DNA of 63,477 nt, filler included, from Octopus bimaculoides (lineage: Eukaryota): NCBI RefSeq assembly GCF_001194135.2. It is 5 parts of 5 records of this genome, joined end to end, with 100 filler letters (N's around TTAATTAATTAA, not from the genome) between each part and the next. Parts side by side here need not be neighbours in the genome. Positions count along the whole stretch, not along the records: positions 23,427 to 37,534 come from NC_068987.1; 4 more parts are not named here. The stretch is one strand, 5' to 3'. Of the stretch, positions 23,468 through 36,132 are shown in pieces. How positions within the stretch are numbered: position 1 is the stretch's first letter; the number at the start of each line of letters is the position of its first letter. The notes beneath the pieces are model-generated. The model saw nothing but the letters and a program-made list of their open reading frames with translations. It ran no database searches and was not told where the DNA came from. Position numbers and translations under genes: made by a program.

Positions 23468-24582
23468 CACATTGCATGTGCTTACTCCGGTATATATATA
23501 ATATATACATATACATGTGCATATATAGGTACAGGGCGTCACCAACAGCAAACATACGCAAAACAACGAGTGTAACAAATGAAAAACAAGACAAGTAACA
23601 CAAAGAATAACCCTAAACCATGTGCCTCCACTAATGGCAGAATTACTTAGGTATTTGTAGATATGTAGGCATGAAAACTTTAGCATTTTTAAAAGCGTAA
23701 ATCAGCTGATTAAAGTCCAGTATCATATATTTGAGTAATGTGGGCTAACTTCTAGAAGTAGTGATACGTCTAATTTAATTGTTTTATCATAATATAACAA
23801 TGGTAGATGTATTTTGATGCAAATTGAACCATGGAAGATATCCGTCTTCAAAATATCGTCAATGGCACCCTGTTTAATAAACTTTTATGGATCAGATTGA
23901 TAAACATCGCAAAAGTTTGATAGTTATTCAATGCCTCTAGACTAACTTTACCCGAGCATTCATAATAGTGGCATTCATCAAGAGGAAAGCACTGATGCCT
24001 AACCGTTGTTTCTACCTACCTACTTGTAGTTCGAAGTTCCTTCAACATAACATCGATTATTAGAAAACTTCATGGGGAGACTTCAATATTTTCCGCACTG
24101 CCGTGAAAGATAATGATGATGTCTCAGGTTTCTCTCCCAAGTCTGATAGAAAGAAAGAGAGAAGAAGGGGAGAGAAAGAGAAAGAGAGAGGAGAGAGGAG
24201 ACAGAAGCGGAAAGAGAGAGAGGGGGGAAGTGTGGGAAAGAAAGAGGGTAGTGAGAGTGGAGAGAGAAGGACAGAGGAGGGAGAAATGGGTAAGAAAAAT
24301 AGAAAAGCAAGACAAAAATTGTTGCGGCATTAATTGCAGCTAAATAAATAGTTGTAAATTCAAAGAGAGGAAACATGAAGTTTGCTTCTCTTCTGGCCTT
24401 TAATTTTATATCATCAATGAAGCATTTTGTGGATACGGTACACTGGCTGAAAAAAAAAAAATCTAATTCAAGGAATTTCAGTAAGTTTCTTATTGCAGAA
24501 AGAAGATACATTTTATGTACATTTCTCACTAGAGACTAGCTATCAGCGACAAAAAATGCTGTCAATATCCTGCTTGCTGTAT

Positions 24583-25155
24583 AAGGCAGCGAGCTGGCAG
24601 AAACGTTAGCACGCTAGGCGAAATGCTTAGCGGTATTTCGTATGCCGTTACGTTCTGAGTTCAAATTCCGCAGAGGTCGACTTTGCCTTTCATCCTTTCG
24701 GGGTACGATAAATTAAATTCCAGTTTCGCACTGGGGTTGATGTAATCGACTTAATCCCTTTGTCTGTCCTTGTTTGTCCCCTCTATGTTTAGCCTCTTGT
24801 GGGCAATAAAGAAATAAGGAATTTCGTCCGTCTTTACGTTCTGAGTTCAAATTCCGCTGAGGTCGACTTTGCCTTTCATCCTTTCCGATCAATAAAATAA
24901 GCACCAGTTGAGCACTGGAGCCAATGTAATCCACTATGCCAATCACCAACAGTTTCGGGCCTTGTGCCTGGAGTGGAAAGGAATATTATGCTTGCTGTAT
25001 AAGGCGACGAGCTGTCAGAATCGTTAGTATGCCGGGCATAATGCTCAGCAGCATTTTGTCCGTCTTTACGTTCAAAGTTCAAATTCCGCCGAGGTCGAAC
25101 TTGCTTTTTATCCTTTTGGGGTTGATGAGATAAGTACCTGCTGAGCACTGTAGTG
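24583..25155 (+). mobile_element. Tandem cluster of three SINE type C copies
   Basis: Units at about 24583-24817, 24818-24988 and 25001-25155; tgcttgctgtat duplicated at 24571 and 24989. Confidence 0.88.
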
Positions 25156-25699
25156 CCACCCTGTAATTTAACAGCTCGCACAGCACATCTGAAACACAAA
25201 GACCATCCGACAATAAAACACAGCTCACACTGCATATATTGTACACAACACATTAAACATTAAATAACATCAGAAACAACGAAATAAATCCCAGGACTAA
25301 GGAAAGTAGTTGTAGTTTACAAACACAATTCTAAAATCATTAAAAGTTATACTGCATACCCCAGGAACACAGAGGTCTACCTAACAGCGCAATAGAAAAC
25401 TTATATGAAACTGTTTGAAAATAAGATAATTAATAATAATAATAATAACAAATAATATTGGAACTACACGTAAAATTGCGTAAAGTACATGCAGTACAAT
25501 AGGTAACATAATACACCAGCCATGTTACACCAGGCATCGCAGTGTTGTGTTTAGTTGTGTAATGAAATCACGATAGAAGAGCACCTAAAGAAGACGTCAC
25601 AAACGACAACACCATTCAAGGCTTTCCCTATAACAAAGATATGACGATGGCGACGACGATGAAGATGACGACAACGACAATAATAATAATAATAATGAT

Positions 25700-25890
25700 C
25701 CTATCTGTTATAGGCACAAGGCCTGAAATTCTGGGGAAGGAGCTAGTCGACTGCAGTGCTCAACTGGTACTTTTTTATCGTCCCAGATATGATGAAAAAA
25801 CAAAGTCAACGTCGGCGGAATTTGAACTGAGAACGTAGAGACGGATGAAATACTACTAAGCAATTTGTCCGGTGTGCTAACGTTTCTGCC
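25700..25890 (-). mobile_element. SINE type C
   Basis: Reverse complement of consensus. Confidence 0.78.
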
Positions 25891-25935
<45 letters not shown>

Positions 25936-25970
25936 AATAATAATGATGATGATGATGATGATGATAATAA

Positions 25971-26568
25971 CAGAAAGTTTTACACTGGGAGCTTTGTCAG
26001 AAATGGAGATTTGAAGCAGGAAGTACAAGGTGTGATCATTGGGTCGAAAGAGTGCTGGAGTCGGAAAAATGCAAAATTGTATGGGACTTTTCCAGTTCAA
26101 ACGGATAAGAAGCTAATAAATAACAGACCATACATTACAATAATAGACAAAGAAAAGCGAAGTTGCCTACTAATTGATCCATCATGTCCGTTTGGTTTCA
26201 GAATTGTTAAGAAAGCAGATAAAAAAAAAACGAAAAAAGAAAAAAAATATTACAATTCCTTAAAATGTGAAATTGCAAGAATTCGGAGTATGAAAACTGT
26301 AAAGGTTGTGCCTATAATAATTAGTGCACTGGGAACTGTAAGTAATGGTGTAGACAAATGGTTAAAGGAGATGGGAATAGAATGTCCTGTAGAGCTTCTA
26401 GAGAAAGTTTGCCTCTTAGGAACAGAAAAGATTTTCAGGAGTGTTTTGAACACTAGAATGACTATTGAAAGCTTGTGGATACCTAAGGTTACAGGTAGTA
26501 ACCCGCTACCTACATAAATTCTTCCAGGAATAAGAACGAACCTGAATAAAATCACCAATAATAATAAT
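25971..26568 (+). mobile_element. R4/Dong-type LINE 3' end (REL endonuclease) with (TAA)n tail
   Basis: FPVQTDKKLINNRPYITIIDKEKRSCLLIDPSCP..KY..L..EIARI..VKVVPIIISALGTV..LEKVCLLGTEKIFRSVL; ends aataataataat; 5' flank (AAT)/(GAT)n. Confidence 0.9.
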
Positions 26569-26589
26569 ATTAATTTACTTGTTGTAATA

Positions 26590-26772
26590 TTAATTTGAAA
26601 TTTTGGCACACGGTCAGCAATTTCGAGGAAGGGTAAGTCGATGGTATCGACTCCAGTACTCAACTGGTAGTTATGCTGTAGACTTCGGCGGAATTTGAAC
26701 TCAGAACTTAAAGACGGAAGAAATGCTGCGAAGTATTTCGCCCGGTGTGCTAATGATTCTGCCAGCTCGCCG
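26590..26772 (-). mobile_element. SINE type C (internal deletion)
   Basis: Reverse complement of consensus head and tail. Confidence 0.78.
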
Positions 26773-27609
26773 TCTTTACTCGTAACATCAATAACCATTT
26801 ATCACTTAANNNNNNNNNNNNNNNNNNNNNNNNNNNNNNNNNNNNNNNNNNNNNNNNNNNNNNNNNNNNNNNNNNNNNNNNNNNNNNNNNNNNNNNNNNN
26901 NNNNNNNNNNNNNNNNNNNNNNNNNNNNNNNNNNNNNNNNNNNNNNNNNNNNNNNNNNNNNNNNNNNNNNNNNNNNNNNNNNNNNNNNNNNNNNNNNNNN
27001 CTCCTCCTCATCATCATCATCATCATCATCACAATCCTCTGTATCAGGAGCAGTACAACTAACAGGACTGTCACCATCATTTTGAACAGGTGCACACGGG
27101 CGCGCAGGAACAAAATGAATAACAGCAAGTCAATGAACGAGGCTTTTTTCATAGGAGTGTGACCTATGAACAAAATAGCAGCCAAAGTTCCCACGGACGA
27201 GTGATTCGGCTTCTTTAAATATATACTTAAATAAAGAACACATTAGCTAATATATTTCTCCATAATCATATGTATTTCATTTTAGGTCTGTTAACTCAGA
27301 GTTTACCTGCAAAGGGACAAAGGAAACAAGAAACAAAAACAAATTTCCTTCAAATCAGACCCTATAGTCTTAAGAAGGATAATGCAATCCTACATACTTC
27401 TAAAAAGACAGGAAGGCCATGGCTGAAATGTCTTTCATCATAAGTCTGCTTAACCAAAGTTGACCTACTTCTAATCCTTTGCCTGTCCTGTGTATCAGAT
27501 CTAATACACATATTCCCCATGACGTTCATGCACCATATATGATACAGTTAATGCGCCGTCTGCCACGTTTCCGCTCAGCACCGTCTGGCATATCTCCGCT
27601 CAGCATCCG

Positions 27610-28225
27610 AGCCTCACGGTGGAGCCTGCTTCAATGCGGTGCAGTTACTCTCAACTAGCACTCAGCTTCATAGCGACTGTCTGTGCATCGATGTTTCCCT
27701 GAAGCTTGGCTTCTGTGAGCCTCACGAATACCGCTGCGGATCCACTGTGGATTCTTTCGGCCTCCACCCATTGTCATGCCACAATAGTGCCGCCCTTAAC
27801 AAAATCATAAAGCTCGGCCTAGACGCCGCAGGATTCCCTTCCCAGCTCGAGCTAGCAAGGCTAGACCAAGGGGACGGTAAAAGGCCTGACGCTATGACAA
27901 TCTTCCTTTCCCTTCTACGGCAGTAGGACCCTCATTTGGGATATCACATGCTGTGACATTTTCTCCAATGGCAACTTGGTTCAGCTATTAGCCCAGGCTC
28001 CGCTACTCGTGAAACTGAGAAAACCATCGGTTTATGGTCGAGCCTGTTAGAGTGGAGACCTTTGACGTTCTTGGTTCCCGGATCATATTCCTGCTCACCG
28101 CTATCGGGGCGAAGATGGCTACCTGTAAGTGCGAGCCCCGTGAATCAGAGCGACTATTCAAGCACATCTCTCTTGTCATCCTCCGGGGCTGCACCTTTTC
28201 CATTTTGTTTCTTGGGACCATGAGG
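27610..28225 (+). mobile_element. CRE-clade non-LTR retrotransposon C-terminal relic (zinc knuckle and REL)
   Basis: GA.FNAV, IDVSLKLGFCEPHEYRCGSTVDSFGLHPLSC, LNKIIK..L..AGFPSQLE..LDQGDGKRPDAMT, IWDITCCD, PVRVETF, ISLVILRG..SIL. Confidence 0.88.
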
Positions 28226-28333
28226 CAGTCTCAATTACAGGAAATCGAGAAAGAATATAAGAACTTCGTCTCTTACTACTCGAAAAATAAACTCCGTAAC
28301 TTGAAGAAAGAAATGTGCTACGCACAATAATTG

Positions 28334-28392
28334 TTGCTTATACGTTTCCATTCCATTTTAAAAGTGTATTGCTATTGCTGCTGCTGCTGCTG

Positions 28393-28449
<57 letters not shown>

Positions 28450-28650
28450 TATCATACACGTTCCCAATTGTTTTCAACCAATATACTAACTTCAGAGTCA
28501 TGAAAGAAAAGCTTTATATTACTCAGAACGTATGAAACAAGGGTTAACTAAAAGAAAAGTCCGAAAACAAGCATAGATGTTTAGGACAAACGTATGAAAA
28601 TGATTTGGACCAGCAAAAGGTTAAACAACAACAACAACAACAACAACAAT

Positions 28651-28681
<31 letters not shown>

Positions 28682-30085
28682 GCAGCAGCAGCAGAAAACT
28701 ATTACTGTCGTAAACATATCAGTTAACATTGGAGGCCGAACATCAATAGGAAACCAACCAATGAAATATTACGTCATCACAAGCCAAATTAACTTCCCTC
28801 GCTGTTAAGATTTAATTATTCAAAATGGCTGACCAATTCATTCAGTTGATTGACTGACACGTGTACATTGAAACAAGAGACGTTCTTTCCATACCAATAA
28901 TTGCAAGCTTCTCTACTAATCGACTTCATCCACCATCACCATTGCCTTCTCATCGTCGCCGTCGTCATTCTCGCCGTCATTATAATCGTCGTTCTCATCG
29001 TCGTCGTTATCATTAGTAGCAGCTGCTGCATCATCATCACCATGAGTAATCGTCATCGTCCTCCTACTTCGCCTCCTGCTCCCCATCATCATCATCGTTG
29101 TCGTCGTCATTATCATCCGGTTAGATCTTTGTCTTTCATCTTTATAGGTTTGGTAATATATCAGTGAAACGCTGGAGTTGATATAATCGCCTGATCCTTC
29201 CTCCACCCAACAAACATTTCTGGTTTTGTGAACTCGTAGGATCTTCAGAACATCGGACAAAAAAATTTCTTTGCAGTACCTAATTACGATCCTTTACTTT
29301 TTGAGTTCATATTCCACAGATGTTAACTTTGCTTTTATCTTGCCGGATTCGATAAAGTAAAATACCAATCAAGCACTGGAGTTGATTTAATCGAATTGTT
29401 GAAGTGAAGGGAGCTTTGCCTCAACTGATAATCGAAACTTGATCGCGCACCATGCTTACCAGTAACTCGCCTCTTACTGTATGATAGACGTTATTCACAT
29501 AGCAAAGAAGAAAACAAAAACACCGCACAATAAGTATTATGTTTTAAAGTATGGAGTGGGTAATGTTAAAATGTGGCGCTCATGCCTCTCCCAAAGCACA
29601 TTAAGGATGTAAGAGATGGGAGTTTCCTTCAAACGAGAATCGAAGAGGGGATGTTAGAGCTTTCTGCTCGCTTAAAGTGGTACTATTTGTTTTAAGACTA
29701 TGTTGCACTATAATATTGATTTCAAATCTTGGCACGAAGCCAGCAATTTCAGGGGAGGCGTACGTCGATTACATCAACCCCAGTATTCAACCGGTACTTA
29801 TTTTATCGACACCGAATGGATGAAAGGCAAAGTGTACCTCGGCGGAATCTGAACTCAGAACACAAAGACGGACGCAATCCTGCTAAGCATTTCACCCAGC
29901 GAGCTAAATATTGTTTGATCGTCGCCTTAGACGCTGCGCTATAATGTTACACACCAAGCGGTTTGATCCCTAGGGCCCGTTTATTTCTACATTTGCTTGA
30001 ATGCTCTACACCACTAAAAACTGTGAGGAACATTGCTTATACGTTTCCATTCCATTTTAAAAGTGCATTGCTATTGCTGCTGCTG

Positions 30086-30149
<64 letters not shown>

Positions 30150-30236
30150 CACTACAACTACTATATCATACACATTCCCAATTGTTTTCAACCAATATAC
30201 TAACTTCAGAGTCATGAAAGAAAAGCTTTATATTAC

Positions 30237-30273
<37 letters not shown>

Positions 30274-30371
30274 ATTGTTGTTGTTGTTGTTGTTGTTGTT
30301 TAACCTTTTGCTGGTCCAAATCATTTTCATACGTTTGTCCTAAACATCTATGCTTGTTTTCGGACTTTTCT
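28334..30371. repeat. Local duplication with internal inversion (A1 28334-28523, B1 28553-28680; A2 30033-30237, inverted B2 30238-30371)
   Basis: Unique parts of A are near-identical in direct orientation; the about 70-bp unique part of B is identical in reverse orientation. Confidence 0.9.
29716..29930 (-). mobile_element. SINE type C
   Basis: Reverse complement of consensus. Confidence 0.8.
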
Positions 30372-30663
30372 AGGGTTCTACTATTTGCTTCAAGGTAATG
30401 TTACATACCAGACAGGTTGATCGCCGTAAACGTACTGTTTGCTATAAAATCGAGCCTATTAAAACTCTCGTGAATATTACATACCAAACGGGTTGCAATC
30501 CTAGTTGTTGATTCTTAACATTTAGTGCTGAACAAAGCTACTTGACTCCACTTGTATTCTTTAGCAAACTGACGGATCCTAAATTTATGATTAATAACAC
30601 AGACGAGAGCGAGAAATAATTGGGTGTGGGCAAAGAAGAGCATTTCTTATGTGTGTGTTTATG

Positions 30664-30700
<37 letters not shown>

Positions 30701-31446
30701 NNNNNNNNNNNNNNNNNNNNNNNNNNNNNNNNNNNNNNNNNNNNNNNNNNNNNNNNNNNNNNNNNNNNNNNNNNNNNNNNNNNNNNNNNNNNNNNNNNNN
30801 NNNNNNNNNNNNNNNNNNNNNNNNNNNNNNNNNNNNNNNNNNNNNNNNNNNNNNNNNNNNNNNNNNNNNNNNNNNNNNNNNNNNNNNNNNNNNNNNNNNN
30901 NNNNNNNNNNNNNNNNNNNNNNNNNNNNNNNNNNNNNNNNNNNNNNNNNNNNNNNNNNNNNNNNNNNNNNNNNNNNNNNNNNNNNNNNNNNNNNNNNNNN
31001 ATATATATATATATACATTTTTGTCTTTGCTTAAAACATCCAAAGCATTCCGACATCTCCATTATAGATATAAGGTTCCTGCCACGGAATTTTAAAGAAA
31101 TCCGCTTCTTTTCATTATTTATTTGGCTCTCTAGATATTTCTCACTCTTTTATACACAATTACTACTGTGTCAAGTGCCCCTTTTTCGTGTGTCTGTGTC
31201 TGTGTGTTTAGTGCGTGCGTGCGTGTGTATGCGTACTTGTAACTATGTGTGTGTGTGTGTGTGTGTGCCAATCTATACGTACATTGACACATATAAATAT
31301 CAATAAATAACTGACAAAAGAATAGGTGTTGCGTAACCACATTCGTTGGATTACAGCTGTTTCCATTGTGGGAGCAGTGCATCCCGATGTAAGTAATAGT
31401 ATGACATAGCTTTGTCACTGACATCGTATGAAAGCTTCGTGTAAAG

Positions 31447-31520
31447 GCTCTGATGAAGCTATCAGGTGTTATACTTTTACTCTGAACGCACAGATCATTG
31501 TAGCAGAAACAGCGGTCAGT
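31447..31520 (+). ncRNA. Decayed Penelope-type minimal hammerhead ribozyme motif
   Basis: CTGATGA (31450-31456), stem II gcta/tagc with a long loop, GAAA (31506-31509), near-palindromic ACAGC(G)GT, GTC cleavage triplet. Confidence 0.5.
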
Positions 31521-31660
31521 GAATGAATGTCATTAGATAACTCACGTTCTTTTGTGATTATTATGCGCTGTACATTATTATGGTTTTCATAGACATCTTG
31601 AAGTGAGAACGTTAGTGAATTCACGCCACATTCCAGCCAGGACTTAAAAATATAACTGCA

Positions 31661-31753
31661 TGGCACTTTGGGCAAGTGTCTTCTACTATAGCCTCGGGCC
31701 AACTAATGCTTTGTGAGTGGATTTGGTAGACTGAAACTGAAACAAGCCCGTCG

Positions 31754-31799
<46 letters not shown>

Positions 31800-32059
31800 T
31801 GTATGTATGTATGTATGTATGTATGTATGTATGTGTGTGCGTGCGTGTGTGTGTGTCTGTTTCTCACCCCCTAACATTACTTGACAACAAATGCTGGTAT
31901 GTTTACGTCCCCGTAACCTAGCGGTTCGGCAAAAGAGGCGATAGAATAAGTACTAGGCTTACAAAGAATAACTCCTGGGGTCGGTTTGCTCGACTAAAGG
32001 CGGTTTTCAAGCATGGGCACAGATAAATGACTGAAGTAAAAACATAAAAGAATAAAAGA
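31661..32059 (+). mobile_element. SINE type A lacking tRNA head
   Basis: ggcactttgggcaagtgtcttctactatagcctcgggcc through gactgaagtaaaaac. Confidence 0.88.
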
Positions 32060-32122
32060 ATGCATCACTTCCAAATTGAGTTCTAAAGAATAGCAGTGAT
32101 TCCTGCTATTCTTAAGCAGATG

Positions 32123-32272
32123 AAGGGGCGTAGCTTAGTACTTTAGGTGTTGGACCCACGATCGTAAGATTGTGGTTTCGATTCCTGGATCGGGCGGCCC
32201 TTTGTAATCTTTAGCAAAAGACTTAATTTCACTCTCCAATCAACTCAGCTTGTAAAAATGAATAATCCTGCA
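32123..32272 (+). mobile_element. SINE type E head and CORE-like fragment
   Basis: ggtttcgattcctgg B box, actcagcttgtaaaaatgaataatcctgc. Confidence 0.6.
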
Positions 32273-32315
32273 GTATACATACATACATACATACATACAT
32301 GTATGCATATATACA

Positions 32316-32351
<36 letters not shown>

Positions 32352-33972
32352 TNNNNNNNNNNNNNNNNNNNNNNNNNNNNNNNNNNNNNNNNNNNNNNNN
32401 NNNNNNNNNNNNNNNNNNNNNNNNNNNNNNNNNNNNNNNNNNNNNNNNNNNNNNNNNNNNNNNNNNNNNNNNNNNNNNNNNNNNNNNNNNNNNNNNNNNN
32501 NNNNNNNNNNNNNNNNNNNNNNNNNNNNNNNNNNNNNNNNNNNNNNNNNNNNNNNNNNNNNNNNNNNNNNNNNNNNNNNNNNNNNNNNNNNNNNNNNNNN
32601 NNNNNNNNNNNNNNNNNNNNNNNNNNNNNNNNNNNNNNNNNNNNNNNNNNNNNNNNNNNNNNNNNNNNNNNNNNNNNNNNNNNNNNNNNNNNNNNNNNNN
32701 NNNNNNNNNNNNNNNNNNNNNNNNNNNNNNNNNNNNNNNNNNNNNNNNNNNNNNNNNNNNNNNNNNNNNNNNNNNNNNNNNNNNNNNNNNNNNNNNNNNN
32801 NNNNNNNNNNNNNNNNNNNNNNNNNNNNNNNNNNNNNNNNNNNNNNNNNNNNNNNNNNNNNNNNNNNNNNNNNNNNNNNNNNNNNNNNNNNNNNNNNNNN
32901 NNNNNNNNNNNNNNNNNNNNNNNNNNNNNNNNNNNNNNNNNNNNNNNNNNNNNNNNNNNNNNNNNNNNNNNNNNNNNNNNNNNNNNNNNNNNNNNNNNNN
33001 NNNNTAAAGTAGTGGTGATCCCAAAATGAAGGTGTGCGTATGGATGAGCAGGGCTTACGAGGAAGGGGTGACGATGAAGAGGGAAACAGAAAGTGGGTAG
33101 GAGTGAAGAGAAGAGAGGAGAGTAGGAGTGAAGAGAAGAAGTAGGAACCGGAGCAAGAGAGGAGAGGTGGGTGGGAGGAAGTAGGTATGAGGGGAGACAG
33201 GCGAGGGGAGGCGGTTAGATGAAGAGGCGAGGAGAGTTGAGACCATGTAGCGCAAAGGATATATATATATATGTATGCATGTATGTATGTATGTATGCAT
33301 ACGTAAGTATGCATGTATGTATGTTTGTCTATGTATCTATGTATGTATATACACACACACACAAACGTGACGAAAGAGTACTTTGTTCATAACGCAGATA
33401 TAATAGTAACAATTAAAAACAGATTTCACGTTGTCGTTGCTCCAAGTTTCACGGTGCAGAAAGCGGTTTAATGTTGTGTATTCCTATATCCCTATATTCC
33501 TATATGTAGAGATACAGAGGTAGGGGAAAAGAAAGGGCAATAAATAATGAGAGAAATGAAAGGAAGGAGGAAAATCAAGCTTGTATGAAAGCTGGAGTTA
33601 AATTTAGTGAGCGCTCGCATTTGTATGTGTATCTATGTTCATATTTCTGTTAGTGTATACGTGTGTATTTGCACGTACATATCTATATACGTGCATATAC
33701 GTGTATGGATATGTACATGTATGTACGTTATATATATGTGTATGCATATAAGTATCTATGTAATTTTGGGTGTAGTGGTGTAATAACGAAAAATTGTCGG
33801 CATGTACACTATGTTAATTCGATTGCTTCTTAGTTCAGTCGTTAATAATTTCATCATGCTGCTAACCTCACCCGTTCTGAATGCTTGATGGGATTGCGTA
33901 CTTCGAACATAATAACACCTATTTACACGGGCGTATATGTTTCATGCATATTTATACACGCTTATATGAATA

Positions 33973-34003
<31 letters not shown>

Positions 34004-34804
34004 NNNNNNNNNNNNNNNNNNNNNNNNNNNNNNNNNNNNNNNNNNNNNNNNNNNNNNNNNNNNNNNNNNNNNNNNNNNNNNNNNNNNNNNNNNNNNNNNN
34101 NNNNNNNNNNNNNNNNNNNNNNNNNNNNNNNNNNNNNNNNNNNNNNNNNNNNNNNNNNNNNNNNNNNNNNNNNNNNNNNNNNNNNNNNNNNNNNNNNNNN
34201 NNNNNNNNNNNNNNNNNNNNNNNNNNNNNNNNNNNNNNNNNNNNNNNNNNNNNNNNNNNNNNNNNNNNNNNNNNNNNNNNNNNNNNNNNNNNNNNNNNNN
34301 NNNNNNNNNNNNNNNNNNNNNNNNNNNNNNNNNNNNNNNNNNNNNNNNNNNNNNNNNNNNNNNNNNNNNNNNNNNNNNNNNNNNNNNNNNNNNNNNNNNN
34401 NNNNNNNNNNNNNNNNNNNNNNNNNNNNNNNNNNNNNNNNNNNNNNNNNNNNNNNNNNNNNNNNNNNNNNNNNNNNNNNNNNNNNNNNNNNNNNNNNNNN
34501 NNNNNNNNNNNNNNNNNNNNNNNNNNNNNNNNNNNNNNNNNNNNNNNNNNNNNNNNNNNNNNNNNNNNNNNNNNNNNNNNNNNNNNNNNNNNNNNNNNNN
34601 NNNNNNNNNNNNNNNNNNNNNNNNNNNNNNNNNNNNNNNNNNNNNNNNNNNNNNNNNNNNNNNNNNNNNNNNNNNNNNNNNNNNNNNNNNNNNNNNNNNN
34701 NNNNNNNNNNNNNNNNNNNNNNNNNNNNNNNNNNNNNNNNNNNNNNNNNNNNNNNNNNNNNNNNNNNNNNNNNNNNNNNNNNNNNNNNNNNNNNNNNNNN
34801 NNNN

Positions 34805-35021
34805 CACAACTTTCTTTCACTCTTTCTTCCTGTTTCTGTTGTACCTGTATTTCAAAGGGCCAGCATTGTCACACTCTGTGTCACGCTGAATCTCCCCGAG
34901 AACTACGTTAAAGGTACACGTGTCTGTGGAGTGCTCAGTCACTTGCACGTTAATTTCACGAGCAGGCTGTTCTGTTGATCGGATCAACTGGAACCCTCGT
35001 CATTGTAACTGACGGAGTACT
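34805..35021 (+). mobile_element. SINE type B, 3' half (5' part in N gap)
   Basis: cacaactttct..ctgaatctccccgagaactacgtt..gatcggatcaactggaaccctcgtc. Confidence 0.88.
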
Positions 35022-35807
35022 CCTTTGATATATATATATTGTTGTGTCTGGGAAGAGTCATTCTCTTTTAGTGCCTTATTATTTAAAACACTCTCCGGTT
35101 CAGTTTCCACTCATTTACTTGCAACCTTTGCAGTCGTCGTTGACTCTGTCCGTTATCCGAGCTACGTTCTGTTTGACCATATACATACGCACACTTCACA
35201 CAAGAACACATATGGAGACACACATCCATATCTAACAGACGCATGTAAATAGTCACAAAAAAACTATACACAGACGCACTCAGACATGGACACAGAAGTA
35301 GACAGAGGTACACACACACATACACACATACACAAGCACATACACACACACATACACACACGTACAAACACACAAACACGAACAAACACATAAATATGCA
35401 GAATACATACATACAAACGTACATACATGCATGCATATAGATATATACGCATACACACAGACACACATACATGCATACATACGTAATATATGCATACATA
35501 CATACACACATACATACATACAAACATGCATATATATGTGTTTGTGCACTGACCCACACGCATATGCACAAATAAACAAAAAGAACGCAACCCGGATAAC
35601 GGACAGAGTCAACGATTATTGAAAATGTTGCAAGATACAACGAAAACTTTAGAAAAATAGATACGTAAATGAATGGAAATTGAACCCGTAAGTGCGTTTA
35701 ATAAGGCACTAAAAGAGAATGACTCTCCCCAGACACAACAAAATATACTTCAACACACGAACTCACATTAAGAATCTCGCAAACCAATCCATAAACGAAA
35801 TATTTAT

Positions 35808-35841
<34 letters not shown>

Positions 35842-36132
35842 NNNNNNNNNNNNNNNNNNNNNNNNNNNNNNNNNNNNNNNNNNNNNNNNNNNNNNNNNNN
35901 NNNNNNNNNNNNNNNNNNNNNNNNNNNNNNNNNNNNNNNNNNNNNNNNNNNNNNNNNNNNNNNNNNNNNNNNNNNNNNNNNNNNNNNNNNNNNNNNNNNN
36001 NNNNNNNNNNNNNNNNNNNNNNNNNNNNNNNNNNNNNNNNNNNNNNNNNNNNNNNNNNNNNNNNNNNNNNNNNNNNNNNNNNNNNNNNNNNGTGTGTGTG
36101 TGTGTGTGTGTGTGCGTGTGAGTTTGTGTATA

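Noticed and set aside
24583-25155. Regularly spaced repeats suggestive of a CRISPR-like array
   Set aside because: The units are about 200-bp SINE copies in a eukaryotic context, with no short repeat-spacer periodicity and no cas genes.
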